A stretch of 64,000 nt of DNA from Centroscyllium fabricii (lineage: Eukaryota), in NCBI GenBank assembly GCA_051313645.2, contig JBNRSN020000025.1, positions 30,132,001 to 30,196,000 of the forward strand. Direction: 5' to 3'. Below, piece by piece: positions 13,014 through 25,571 of this stretch. The translations under genes and the position numbers were made by a program. Position 1 is the stretch's first letter, and each line of letters starts with the position of its first letter. The notes beneath the pieces were generated by a model that saw only the letters and a program-made list of their open reading frames with translations, searched no databases and had not been told where the DNA came from.

Positions 13014-13698
13014 GTTGAGAGTAGTGGTTACGGTGGAGTTTGGGGTAGTGTTGTAGTGGTTACGTTACTGAACTGGTAAACCAGAGAATGGGAGTTCAGT
13101 TCCCACCATGGCAGCTTGAGAACTTGAATTCAGTTTTTTTTAAAATCTGGAAGTAAAAGTAACCACGAAGATGTCGAATTGTTGTAAAAAAAAAACAACT
13201 GGTTCACTCGGGAACTTTGGGAAGGAAACTCTGGCCTATATGTGACTCCAGTTCCACACCAACGTGGTTAACTCTTAATTGCCCTAGCGAGTCACTCAGT
13301 TTGTGTCAAACCACTACAAGCGGTTCAAGAAAGTCCACCACCATCTTCTCAGAGCAACTAGGGGACGGGCAATAAATGCCAGGTTTGCCAGTGACGCCCA
13401 CATCCCAGGAATGAATCCCCACTGCTTCCCAGAAGTGCATTTGGACTATTCAGAGCTGATTCTGATCAGTCACCATGCACCAAAAGCAGCTTCCGGCAAA
13501 ATTCCCCCCATAGAGTCGACATTTCGGGTTAGGACCCTTTATCAAGACTGAAGTCAGGAAATGAAACAGGTGCGAGTGTCGGGGGAGCTGGGAGAGAACA
13601 AAAGGGAAGAGAGAACCAAGGAGAAAATACATCAAGAGGTATTCAAAATGAGACGAGATGGTGATGGGGCCTGGCCTGCTGAGTTGTTCCAGCATTTT

Positions 13699-14099
13699 AC
13701 ATAGTAACATAGAAGATAGGAGGAGTAGGCCATTCGGCCCTTCGAGCCTGCTCCGCCATTCAATGAGATCATGGCTGATCATCCAAACCCAGTACCCCGC
13801 CCCTGCCTTGACCCATGTCCCTCGATCCCTATCGAGCCTGCACCGACACATATCCCACCCTATCCCCGTAACCCCACATATTCAATCCCCCTAACACTAA
13901 GGGTCAATTTATCATGGCCAATCAACCTAACCCGCACATCTTTGGACTGTGGGAGGAAACCGGAGCACCCGGAGGAAACCCACGCAGACACGGGGAGAAT
14001 GTGCAAACTCCACACAGATAGTCACCCGAGGCCGGATTTGAACCCGGGTCTCCAGTGCTGTGAGACAACAGTGCTAACCACTGGGCCACTGTGCCGCCC
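13699..14099 (-). mobile_element. tRNA-derived V-SINE (HE1-like), long CR1 tail
   Basis: A/B-box head (gggcggcacagtgg...ggttcaaatcc) and V-domain gtttgcacattctccccgtgtctgcgtgggtttcctccgggtgctccggtttcctcccac, then a CR1 tail. Confidence 0.9.
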
Positions 14100-14761
14100 G
14101 CCTTTTGTTATTTCGGATTTCCAGCATCTGCAGTATTTTGCTATATTACAAAATACAGTTGGGGGGGCGATGTGAATGGGACATAAATCTCCCAAGGGAG
14201 GGCTCAGTATCAAAAATAAATGTTTGGCAACCATGAATTACACTCCAGAGCTTTCCTAGAAGTCATTCAGTCGCCAATTTAGAATATTTATATATTTTTA
14301 AACGTGGTACTAATTTCTCCCCTCCCCTCCTGAAGGTGCTGACCTGTGATTCTAGGGACCCAGTTGTGCCTTCAATATCAGCTGAGACCAGAAACTGAGA
14401 AATCTCAGTTCTCACAATGGCCTCTCAGCTGCTGCGAGCTGTGAGCGATTCGGAGCCCACTCGCCCACCTGTCAGTCACCAGCACTTGGCCTTTCCCATT
14501 GGCTCCACTCCACTGTGATGTCACAGTGGAGTGTTGCCATGGGAACTGACAACAACCAGTGCTGGAACTGTCACTCAAAGTGCTCACAGCTCCGCTGCAG
14601 CCCGACCCGATTCACCTAATTACCTGCTGCTCCCGCCGACGGGGATTTAACGACCTCATTAACCTAAAATTGCATGGCCTTCCCAGCTGGTTGGGCGGGT
14701 GCGACCGGAAGCCACCCCGACCAATCCCCGCCAGGTTCCCGCCCTTGTGTGGCCATTCTTT

Positions 14762-15549
14762 GGGGGGGATTTTGCCGTAAGTGCGGGAACCTGACGGGGT
14801 TTGGTCGGGGCGGGTTCCTGTCCCGCCTGGCCAAAGACCTGGGAAACCCATGCAATTTTAATTTAATTGAGTTATAAAATCCCCGCCTGCGGCAGCCGGT
14901 GATAATTGACTCAATCGAGTCGGGGCTGCAGCGGGGCTCGAGCAGTTTGATTGACAGTTCCAGCACTGGTTGTTGACAGTTCCCATGGAAACACTCCACT
15001 GTGACATCACAGTCGAGTGGAACCAATGGGAAAGGTCAAGTGCTGGTGACTGACAGGTGGGAAGGCGGGCTCCGAATCCTTGACAGTTCGGCACCAGCTG
15101 TGAGGAAATGTGCAAAGCTGAGATGTCTCAGTTTTTGCCCATGGCTTGTGCACCCACCACGGAGTGACTTACTCCTCTAAGGTGCTAGAAGCATGCCAAG
15201 CATTTTGCAGCATGTCCTTCACACCTTGAAGGAGAAAGTAATGAACAGTGCTGTGCTCCCGCTGGGTTTCACCCAGCGGGGTTTAATGTGACAGAGAATG
15301 GGTGGGAAACGGTTAAAAATGGCTACGGGTCCTTAAAATGGCATTATAGATGCCAATTAAGGGCCCTTAACAAACTAAACAACCATCCCCGCCGGCCGCC
15401 GGCGGGAAAGATTCAGGGCGGGGAAAGAGGCCGTCCGAAAATGCAAAACCGGCGGGGATCCAGCAGGCTGGGGCGGGACCCAAACATTTCCTATTTTCAC
15501 CTCCCAGCCGCCCAAAACCCCGCCTCACGGGGACATAAAAATCCCTCCC
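14762..15549 (+). mobile_element. PIF/Harbinger-type non-autonomous element, family A
   Basis: GGGGGGGATTTT...AAAATCCCTCCC ends with a 3-bp TSD TTT. An inverted partial relative lies immediately to the left (about 14390-14745). Confidence 0.8.
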
Positions 15550-16399
15550 TTTGTGTGTGAGCCTAGACAGTAAGGGGAAGCTAGCTATTCGACTGTGGAA
15601 GCCATCACAGCCAAGCCCAATCCTGATCCGAGTCCCGAGGTGCACTTCCTCACCCCGGGGCAGGGGGGCTAACTGCTGCTGAGGCCGAGTGGACCGCCCC
15701 AGCCACAGGATCGATTCTGGAGCCCTCCCCGCCAGTCCGTACAGCTCGGCCCTTCACTAGATAAAGGTGCTGAGGTGGGAAACGAGTGTTGCAGTGGGCG
15801 AGAAGCTGGCCTTTCGTCTCCAGGATCTGGACTCAAACCCAGGCCACATTGCTGGGACAAGCCTCCTCTGCCTGCCCTCTGTAAGGGTCCCACAGGAGCT
15901 GAGTTGGGGCAGACTCAATCCCGTTCCTGGTTAGGGTCACCAACCCTCAAGGATTGGCCTGGGGTCTCCAGGAAATAAAGATTAATCTCCAGGACATTGC
16001 TGCGAGCACAGACCCAGGGGGAAAAATCATAGAGGCATTAAAAAAAAGTGTGATTTTCTTCAAAACATTTATTAATTATAATAATATCAGAGATGGGGGG
16101 GGGGGGTGAAAGAGGCTGTTTGATTGACAGAGAGTCATCCAATTGGGTAACAAAGAGTCTGTGGGCGGGCTCAGTGCCGCGAGGATTGACGGGTCGGGCG
16201 ACCAATGGCGAGTGTTGGGGCGGGGGCGCTAGGAGGTCATGTGATGAACCCTCCAGGAATACGTCCAACCAGAATTGGCAAACTCGAGTTCCCAGTGGGT
16301 TTGGGCCTATGGTTAATGAAAATCTGCCCCCCAAGTTGGCAAAGTCACTCAGACTGGCCTGAGGAAGATGGGTGCTGAAAGAATGTCTCGCTGATATAG

Positions 16400-16818
16400 C
16401 AGGGGACACTCTTTCCCTCAGTAGAGGGGTCAATGCCCAGGGGGCATAGTTTCAAGGTAAGAGGCAGGAGGCTTAGAGGGGATTTGAGGAAGATTTTTTT
16501 CACCAAGAGGGTGGTTGGAATCTGGAACTCACTGCCTGAAAGGCTGGTAGAGGCAGGAACCCTCACAACATTCAAGTGATTTCAAATAAAACTGTTGGAC
16601 TATAACCTGGTGATGTGTGACTTCTTACATTTGTCCACCCCAGTCCAACACCGGCACCTCCACATCATGAACATTCAAGAAGCATTTAGACGAGCCATTG
16701 CATACAAGGCTACGGACCAAGTGCTGGAAAATGGGATTAGAATAGACAGGGCTTGATGGCCGGCGCGGACACGATGGGCCGAAGGGCCTCTTTCTGCGCT
16801 GTATAACTCTATGACTCT
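16400..16818 (+). mobile_element. CR1 3' fragment interrupted by a Penelope-like piece
   Basis: Near-identical to the uninterrupted copy at 30478-30810 once 16577-16679 is removed. Confidence 0.9.
16577..16669 (+). mobile_element. 5'-truncated Penelope-like 3' end
   Basis: 10-bp TSD AACATTCAAG (16567-16576, 16670-16679). The sequence matches the 3' end of the larger copies. Confidence 0.85.
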
Positions 16819-18443
16819 CGTGCTCGGGCAGAGTAGAGGGAGCTTTACTCTGCATCTAACTGTGCGATAGTTGAGTTGGGACTGCTTGCTGATGACACTG
16901 GATGTCTAAAGAGTCTCACTCCCCCAACACCAACCTCCATCCCCTTAATGAGCACAAAAGTTTAAAGTAACAAAATCTGCAAAGCAACTGGTAACGTGAG
17001 GTAAGTCTTGATTTCAACACAGTGGTGAGCAGTAAGAGTATTACACCAACTAGAACAGGCAATTTGCTGGCCTACTCTGAAAATAAGTCATTCAGCAAAA
17101 CAAGAGCTCTTTCTCTGACTGTAACTCACTCAAATAATCAGCAAACGCTCTTTGCAGCAATCATTAATGATTAGATTTGCAGGCTCTACATCTGCACCAG
17201 ATGTTCTGTAATTATTCCAGATCCTGAATTCTGACAATTTTGATGGCACAAAATTAATTTGAGATTAACTGGTTCAGGGCCAATGCAGCTATCCCCTTGC
17301 CCAGTATCCTCCCCTCCTCTCCTGAGACCACGCACTCCTTCCTGGGGGGGGGGAAAGGGTCCCACGGGGCACTTGCAGCCCTTCAGTATCTTTCATAATT
17401 GGCCGTTCTTCACAAAAACAGTGCACGAGGTCAGGCTATTCAACCACAGAGGGCACCACAGACGAGCCCAATCCTATTCACGCCCAATGTTCACATACAT
17501 GCACAAGAGTCAATGGAATAGCTTTGTTGCCAGGGATAGAAGTGTTAGCTGATTTCCCCCCAACCCCACCAGCCCTACAATCCTCCAAAAACTCCCTGGG
17601 GTAGAAATTTGTCTCGTGGGTTAGCAGCGCCACTTGAAGTCAATGGAATATCGGGCGGGGAGTGTAATGGACGGCTAATCTGATACCGCCCATTTTGTGC
17701 TAACGCCCCCAGACGAATTCTTACTCCATTGTTCCTCCAATTCTGGCCTCTTGTGTATCTCCCCAGTCCCTTCACCACACCATTGGCGGCCGTTCTTTCC
17801 GCTGCCTGGGCCCTAAGCTTGAAATTTCCTCCTTAAACCTCTCCGCCTCTCTCTCAATCTTTAAGACACTCCTTAAAACCTGCCTCTTTGACCAAACTTT
17901 TGGTCACCTTCTGTGGCTTGGTGTCAAATTTTGCTTGATAACGCTCCTGTGAAGCGCCTTGGAATATTTCACAATGTTAAAGGCTATTGTTGATTGGTCT
18001 TCACATTGTTCATTTAACCAGCAATCATTGGCTTTAACCAGTAACCAGAAAGATTTTGGGGGTGTAATTTGTCGAAGGCCAACTCCCACGGGTCAACACA
18101 CCAAGGTAAAATTGATCACCAGAATAATCAGATTGTCAGAAAATGGGCACGTTGACTTTTGTGTCTGATTCTCGCTCCCACTGGGTGAGGCTTTAGCCTA
18201 CTGTGTCCATGGGCTTGTGCTTGCGATCTCCCGCCCGATATCAGCGGTGAGCGAGAGGCCAGCAGGCTCCACACCGAGAGCAGGCGAGGCGGCGGCGAGG
18301 CGGGGGGGGGGGGGGTGGGGGGGGGATGCGATGAATCGAAATGGGTTGAATCGTTGGCTAGTCTGATTATGAATAGCACTGATGTGGCACCAGGTTCCCT
18401 GCCTGTCCTATTGGCCATATTTGAACATAGGAACAGGAGTAGG

Positions 18444-18836
18444 CCGGTGGCATAGTGGTTAGCGCTGTTGCCTCACAGCACTAGAGACCCGGGTTCAAAT
18501 CCAGCCTCGGGTACTATCTGTGTGGAGTTTGCACATTCTCCCCGTGTCTGTGTGGGTTTCCTCCGGGTGCTCAGGTTTCCTCCCACAGTCCAAAGATGTG
18601 CAGGTTAGGTTGATTGGCCATGATAAATTGACCCTTAGTGTTAGGGGGATTGAATATGTGGGGTTATGGGGATAGGGTGGGATATGTGTCGGTGCAGGCT
18701 CGATAGGGATCGAGGGATATGGGGAGAAGGCAGGGATTGGGTACTGGGTTTGGATGATCAGCCATGATCTCATTGAATGGCGGAGCAGGCTCGAAGGGCC
18801 GAATGGCCTACTCCTGCTCCTATCTTCTATGTTTCT
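18444..18836 (+). mobile_element. V-SINE, long CR1 tail, inserted in an antisense CR1 tail
   Basis: Same head and V-domain. The flanks rejoin as aggagtaggcc|attcagcc. Confidence 0.9.
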
Positions 18837-19164
18837 ATTCAGCCAATCAAGCCTGTTCTGCCAATCAATGAGATCATGGGTGCTCTGTATCTTAACTCTA
18901 TCCACCCACCTTGGCTCCATATCCCGTAAAAATAGTGCCATGGAATCTTTTACGTCCTCCTTAGAGGGCAGACAAGGCCTCAGTTTAACATTTCATCCAA
19001 AAGACAGCCCCTCCGACTGTGCAGCACTTCCTCAGGCGTAAGGCCTGCTTTTAACAAGGTAAGTGGTGAATTAATTTAAATTAAAACTTTTTTTCCACAG
19101 GTTTATTATTTTTTAATACTTTAAAGAAAGGTAAGTTTTTTTTAGCCCCGTTAGAAAATATAAT

Positions 19165-20054
19165 GGGCCCTGTCTTCCTGTGGCCCGATTGCTGCGGGTG
19201 CGTGCAGACGTGCACCCGCGGCGCACCCGCACGTGATTTTTTTTTTCTCAGCTGGACTTCCTGTGTGAAATCCCGTTTTTTCTTCGTTCGGAGTGGACGT
19301 CTTTTTTTTGGTCCGGGGTGAAAGCCACGCCCACTGAGGTCGGCTTTACCCCCGAACGAAACTCAGAATCGGCCAGCGGGATGAAGATTATCAGGTAGGG
19401 AAGCACCTTTTTTTTGGTTTTTTTAAGTTTGTAGGAAGCTGTTTTTTTTAAAGTTTCTGCCTTTTTTGCTGTTAGGGTTTTTTTTGCTCCAAGTAAAAAA
19501 AACAGGTTTAAAGTTAATTTTTTAAAAATTCCTTTGGAGATATTTGTTTGTGGTCTTACAGCTTGTAAATGTGAAGGTTTTTATATATTTTGGTGATAGT
19601 GAAAAAAATCGGGGATTTGAACGCGATGTCTTCAGCTCTCAGAGCTGAAGACATCGCGTTCAAATTCCCGATTTTTTTAACTATCACCAAAATATATATA
19701 AACTTTCACATTTACAAGCTGTAAGACCACAAACAAATATCTCCAAAGGAATAAAAAAACTTTAAACTTTAAACCTGTTTTTTTCACTTCTCAAAGCTGC
19801 CTGCAGCTTCTTACGCCTCCTTTTTATATGAGCAGCAAAAGAGAGGCTTCCCCACGTTGTACACCCGTATATTGAGCAGCTGACTACAGGAAGTCTGCAG
19901 CTCAAGGTCTTCCTGGGGAGGAAGCTGAAGCCCCTTGCCCATCAGCACAGGAAGTTCACGTTTCTGGTAATCACCCGAGCTGCCCCCCCACGAGGCATTT
20001 CTGACCCCCCTTCGTGGGGGTGCAGCTCTTCTGGCGCACAGGAAGACAGGGCCC
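19165..20054. mobile_element. PIF/Harbinger-type MITE with a large internal palindrome
   Basis: 18-bp TIR GGGCCCTGTCTTCCTGTG, 3-bp TSD AAT, and an internal inverted repeat at about 19493-19787 centred on 19640. Confidence 0.88.
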
Positions 20055-20592
20055 AATTAATTTTTCAAAAATTTAAATTATTGTTTAAAATAGTTATTTC
20101 ATGTAATTTATAGTTATTTTAAAAATGTGATTTAAAAAACTAATTATTTGAAGTTTTAGTGATGTTTTGGGGCTTGTAGTTTTCATAGTTTTGACAGCAC
20201 TTCCTGTCAAACTTATGAATGGAGCATTTTCTGTTCTGATTGGCTCTCCATGGCCCACGTGATTCCAGGGGACGCATCGCACTAACTGCACTGCTGGGCT
20301 ACACAAGCACTGCGCGCCGGCAGTAGGAGGAGGCCCAGGATCGGAATTCCATGCAGGCCCACAGCTCAACGGCCGGCGCGCAAGTAAGTGCAGGTTGGAG
20401 GCTTGCACCCGCGGGAAGCCTCCGACCCGAATTTCTGGGTTCTGTTCTAGCCCCAATCAATGATTCCAAATAGCTTCCAATTAGGGTGAGATGAAAAGGA
20501 ATCTTTGGTCAATCATGTGATAACACCTTTACATTAACCTGTTCATTGCCAGTACTGGTCAAGCAGAAGCTCTCTGGATGTCAATAGGTTGA

Positions 20593-20982
20593 TGGGCAGC
20601 ACGGTGGCACAGCGGTTAGCACTGTTGCTTTACAGCTCTGGAGACCCGGGTTCAAATCCAGCCTCGGATACTATCTGTGTGGAGTTTGCACATTCTCTGC
20701 GTGGGTTTCCTCCGGGTGCTCCAGTTTCCTCCCACAGTCCAAAGATGTGCGGGTTAGGTTGATTGGCCAGGATAAATTGACCCTTAGTGTTAGGGCGATT
20801 AAATATGTGGGGTTACGGGGATAGGGTGGGTATGTGTTGGTGTAGGCTCAAGAGGGATATGGGGAGAGGGCAGGGGCAGGGGCGGAGTGCTGGGTTTGGA
20901 CGATCAGCCATGATCTCATTGAATGGCGGAGCAGGCTCGAAGGGCCGAATGGCCTAATCCTGCTCCTATGTTTCTATGTTTC
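20593..20982 (+). mobile_element. V-SINE, long CR1 tail
   Basis: Same head, V-domain and tail as 18444-18836. Confidence 0.9.
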
Positions 20983-21422
20983 TCCGTGAATATTTTCTTA
21001 GCCATTATTGCCTGTGGGGGAGAGTTTCCGCGAGATTCTCTCAGTGTAACTTTGGCAGGAGCCCCGGAGAGACGGTGTAGACAGCCGTTTCAGTTTGCTG
21101 GTGCTGTTTCCCCTGGCGTTGTGCCAGAGTTACAGTGTGAGAGCCGGACCAACCCCACGGAGACATGAGACATGTTCTTTTTTGATTGCTGTCGTATCGG
21201 TTGCATTTCATTGACAAAGTGCTGCCCGGTTTGTGCCACATTACTCTTTACATTCAGGGTGTTGAAATCAAGACTCCTCGCAACCGTCTCCAACTCTCAA
21301 ACCTGCGGAATTCTTCAACTTCCTTAATCTTCCCCATCCCTCCCGTAATCGACCTTGCAATTGCAGAATCCTGACTTCCTGATTCAGCCCACCTTTTCTC
21401 CTACTCCTTCCAAGCGTGCTGG

Positions 21423-21716
21423 TGGCCCTGCTCTGGGGGCTTGGCCCTTCGCCCTGGCTCTCAATCCAATGAAAAGCTGGTGTCCCTGCTCTGGGGGGCT
21501 TGGCCCTTCGCCCTGGCTCTCAATCCAATGAAAAGCTGGTGTCCCTGCTCTGGGGGGCTTGGCCCTTCGCCCTGGTTCTCAATCCAATGAAAAGCTGGTG
21601 TCCCTGCTCTGGGGGGCTTGGCCCTTCGCCCTGGCTCTCAATCCAATGAAAAGCTGGTGTCCCTGCTCTGGGGGGCTTGGCCCTTCGCCCTGGTTCTCAA
21701 TCCAATGAAACGCTGG
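21423..21716. repeat. 59-bp tandem repeat, about 5 copies
   Basis: gtccctgctctggggggcttggcccttcgccctggctctcaatccaatgaaaagctggt recurs at 21482, 21541, 21600 and 21659. Confidence 0.95.
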
Positions 21717-23424
21717 TCAGGCAAAGACAATCATTGCTAATGACAGACGGCACCTCAATCTAATTTTAGTTGTGCTGAAGAAAGGACTTTTGTAGTTTTC
21801 TAATTTTGTTTGTTTTTGAAGTGGGGGTGGGGTGTCGGGGGAGGGGAATCAGCACCTCGGAGAGATTCGACGTATTTTGACATTCATTACAATGATGTGT
21901 TTCTCTCTGAATTAAGATAAACAAAAGGCTTCCAAGGTGACGGCGTTCCGTCAAATTACCGTTGCATTTTACAGCTCCCACCGTCATAACTTTCTGAAAT
22001 GCAATTGTTAATGTTTTTTGTGTGCATTAAGTCTAATAATAGACAACATTTCATTCACATAGATATTATACATCAATTCAAAAACATTGCAGATACACAC
22101 ACACGGACCGACAGATCGGGATCTCCACAGAATCAAATAAAATAAAAATGAAGAAGTTTGAGAATTTTATTCTTCTTATGCCCGTTCTCTCCTGGTTGAG
22201 TACGGTCATGGATGCTGCCGGTGCTGAGTGGCTATTCTTCATGTGGGAGTAGCAGCAGGCTATTCGACAGTGGGGGCCTCACAGCCACCCCCGAATCCTG
22301 TCCTGGCCCAATGTTCGCACACGCCCAGTTATCAGCATTGGCCGCTGGGGTGCAGGGACCACAGGCTGATTGCATCTCCACAGGCTGCGGCAGTGAAGGC
22401 CTTGGAAGCGATCAGCTAACCCGAACCAGGGATCGAAGTTGGCCTTTATATGGGCAGCAACACATGAGGCAGAGGCATTTACACACCCAGCCACCAGGCA
22501 GCAAGTGTAAAAAGGTTTGCAATTTGATTGTTTCCATACAAGGAACTGATGACGACGGGTCTTGGGATGCAGCTCTGCAGGGTTGTGAGAACGTTGGATG
22601 TCTAGGTTGGGTACGATTGGATAGGCCGTCAACGTTCATTGTCCAGGCCCGTCCCGCGAAGGTTGGCAACTTGGGTTAGGTACCAAAGGGCTGCAAGTCA
22701 CCAAGGAACTGTACCCCAGCACGACCGACGCCTTCAGGAATGGAGGGGTTTGTGCACGTGTCTCTGCCAATTCTTGTCCATGTGCAGAATTAACTTTGTG
22801 CATTCTTAGCCCAGTGCAGCAGAAGAATCTGAAGCGTTCAAAAAGAAGGTGGACAGACTCCTCGTTCAGTGGGGGAGAGGAGGGGTGCAGGCGTGGCGCT
22901 AAGGCAAACGTGGAGCTGAACTGCAGTAGAATGGCCCTTTCTCTGCTATGCTCTTAGGAGTTTAGATCTGAAATTAGGGCAAACTGCGCAGGTGACAGAA
23001 AAACCTATATTTGTTTTGCCCATCACTTTAATAACCACATAAAAGCACGCACTCCCCTGCAAACAGTGTAGTCTTCAATATAAATGGCATGCAGCTACCT
23101 GTAGCATATACCATGGTCAGTGTTACACTACATGTACTCAGGCTCTGTTTCTCGGTCTCAGAGCATTTCCATAGGCCTAGATGTCTTATCAAGCGCTTGC
23201 TTTCGACAGCAATTTGCTTTGGAGACCATAGGTTTTCAAACTGGGGTTTCCAGATCGGGGGTCCACAAAGGGACCACAATGGGTCTCTGTGGTCAGTGGA
23301 TCTCTATCTTTTTCTGTATTTATTCATTTACTAACACTTTTCTGTTGCTGTGTAGAAATGCAAAAAAAAAACCTTTCCTGCAACAATAACACTGTTCCCG
23401 TGGATGGTTGACACCATCCTGTGG

Positions 23425-23940
23425 AGGTGTGTCAATATTAGCAGGGGATCCCTGGCAGTGTTTCAACATTAGCAGGGAATCCCTGACAGTGTGTCATTAT
23501 TAGCAAGGGATCCCTGGGCATGTGTCAATATTAGCAGGGGATCCCCAGGAACCTGTCAATATTTGCAGGGGATCCCTGGGAGTGTGTCAATATTAGCAAG
23601 GGATCCCTGGGAGTGTGTCAGTATTAGCAGGGGATCCCTGGGAGTGTGTCAATATTAGCAGGGGATCCCCAGGAACCTGTCAATATTTGCAGGGGGTTCC
23701 TGGGAGTGTGCCAATATTTGTAGAGGATCCCTGGGAACATGTCAGTATTAGCAGGGGGTCCCTGGGAGTGTGTCAATATTTGCAGGGGGTCCCTGGGATT
23801 GTGCCAATATTTGTAGAGGATCCCTGGGCGTGTGTCAGTATTAGCAGGGGATCCCTGGGAGTGTGTCAATATTAACAGGGGATCCCCAGGAACCTGTCAA
23901 TATTTGCAGGGGGTCCCTGGGAGTGTGCCAATACTTGGAG
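23425..23940. repeat. About 31-bp minisatellite
   Basis: Variants of gtgtgtcaatattagcaggggatccctggga in tandem. Confidence 0.95.
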
Positions 23941-25571
23941 GGGGGCTCCATAGGTTAACGTTTGAAAACCACTGGTCTATACAGTTGAGGCTCACTCTCG
24001 GACTGAGTCAGTCCGCAATGCACACGTTACAACAACAAGATTCTAACAACAACACAACTAGAAATGTTTTGTTCTTTGTAGCATCAACCAAATAAGTACA
24101 AGCAGAGTGACAGAATGACAGTACAGTTTTTGAGATGGAAAGTTGTAATAGATTACCTCCCTCCGCGTATGTAAGGGTTCAGCTCTAAGACTCCAGCAAA
24201 TGTGGTTTTCTTTCCTCCCAGTACGCTGTGGATAGCCATAGTAAAGTGTTTTAGAGGAATTGGTTGTTTTTGTTTGATTTTTTTTGTGTCTGATGTCACA
24301 TTGGGTACAGGTAAAGGCCACACAACATTAACTGCGTGCTGGACAATTTGCTTTTCTGTTTTCTTCCCGAATTGCAGAATTTGTTTATTCGTACTACATC
24401 TCGCACTGGGTAGACGCTGGACACAAAAGAATGGTTCAAGTTCCTCATATTGGCAGCGCCTGTTTTTGTAAGTCAGGACTGGAACCAGAGCTGATCAGGA
24501 TCTAAGGCGCTGAAAGTGAACTCAGAATAGTAGGACTTTCGGGGGGGGGTGAATGATTCATGTCACAATTGAGCAAGCTCAGCTGGTCGCTGTAAACAAA
24601 CTACAGCGATTGTCTCTGATGAATCTGTGTGGGATGTTTATTTTCTAGTTTGTTCTGGGTATGGTAGACCCCTAATGATATCTTTTATGGCTGAAATTGT
24701 GCGAATATTAGCAATGTGTTTGAATGAATTTCCTCTGTCTCCTGTTTTAGCCAAGGCACCAACCCATTGGGTTAGCCCCCTCATCAAGATAGTGGCAGAG
24801 AGATTTCTAACGAGTGTGTTACCAATATCACATCAGGCTGGTGCCATTTATTAATATAAATGTTTTTTTTAAATACAGGTTCATTCTAAAATTTGAGGTT
24901 GTCTGAACTTATTTCATTTGGGCCTTAGCAGCTGGGCAGAGAGAGGAGACTTTCATTGCATCAGTTTGGAACGATTCAAACCCAGGTCCCACACAGTCCC
25001 ACTATCGTATCCCATGAACGAATTCCCTATTTTTAACATCACCTGAAAGCAGGCTGTTGTTAGATTTAACGTCCTTTTTACTGACTCTTTCTGCAGATTT
25101 CCGTTTGGAACAGTTTTCTTTGCAGGGCACTGGCGGGTGACATCTGTGAAGGAACGGGTCTCGACAGAGCAAGGGCATACACACTCAAATGGACAAGGTT
25201 AATGAACTGTTAGCTGATTCAACTAAAATGTAGTTTTTAGATTGGAGACACGGGGACAGCAAACGGAGGTTATCGCAACGGACATTTAACCCATTTGTAT
25301 CAAAGCTTCTCTCTCTGCCATTTAATGGAGGGGTCAGTGTTTCTTCAAAATGGATTAACACCTACGTTCATTTAGCGGAGAAAGAAATTTGATTCGAATG
25401 CATCAATCACAGCAATTTCCAGGTTACAGGCAAAGAAAAAAAATGTTAAAGGGATGTTGAGGGATAAGGCCCATTAATGGCTTCATTCTTGGAGTTCTAT
25501 TTTTGTAAAGTACAACCCAATACTAGGCTGTCGCTTGGGGAATATTTCCAAAGCTCGAGCGCAGAAATACT

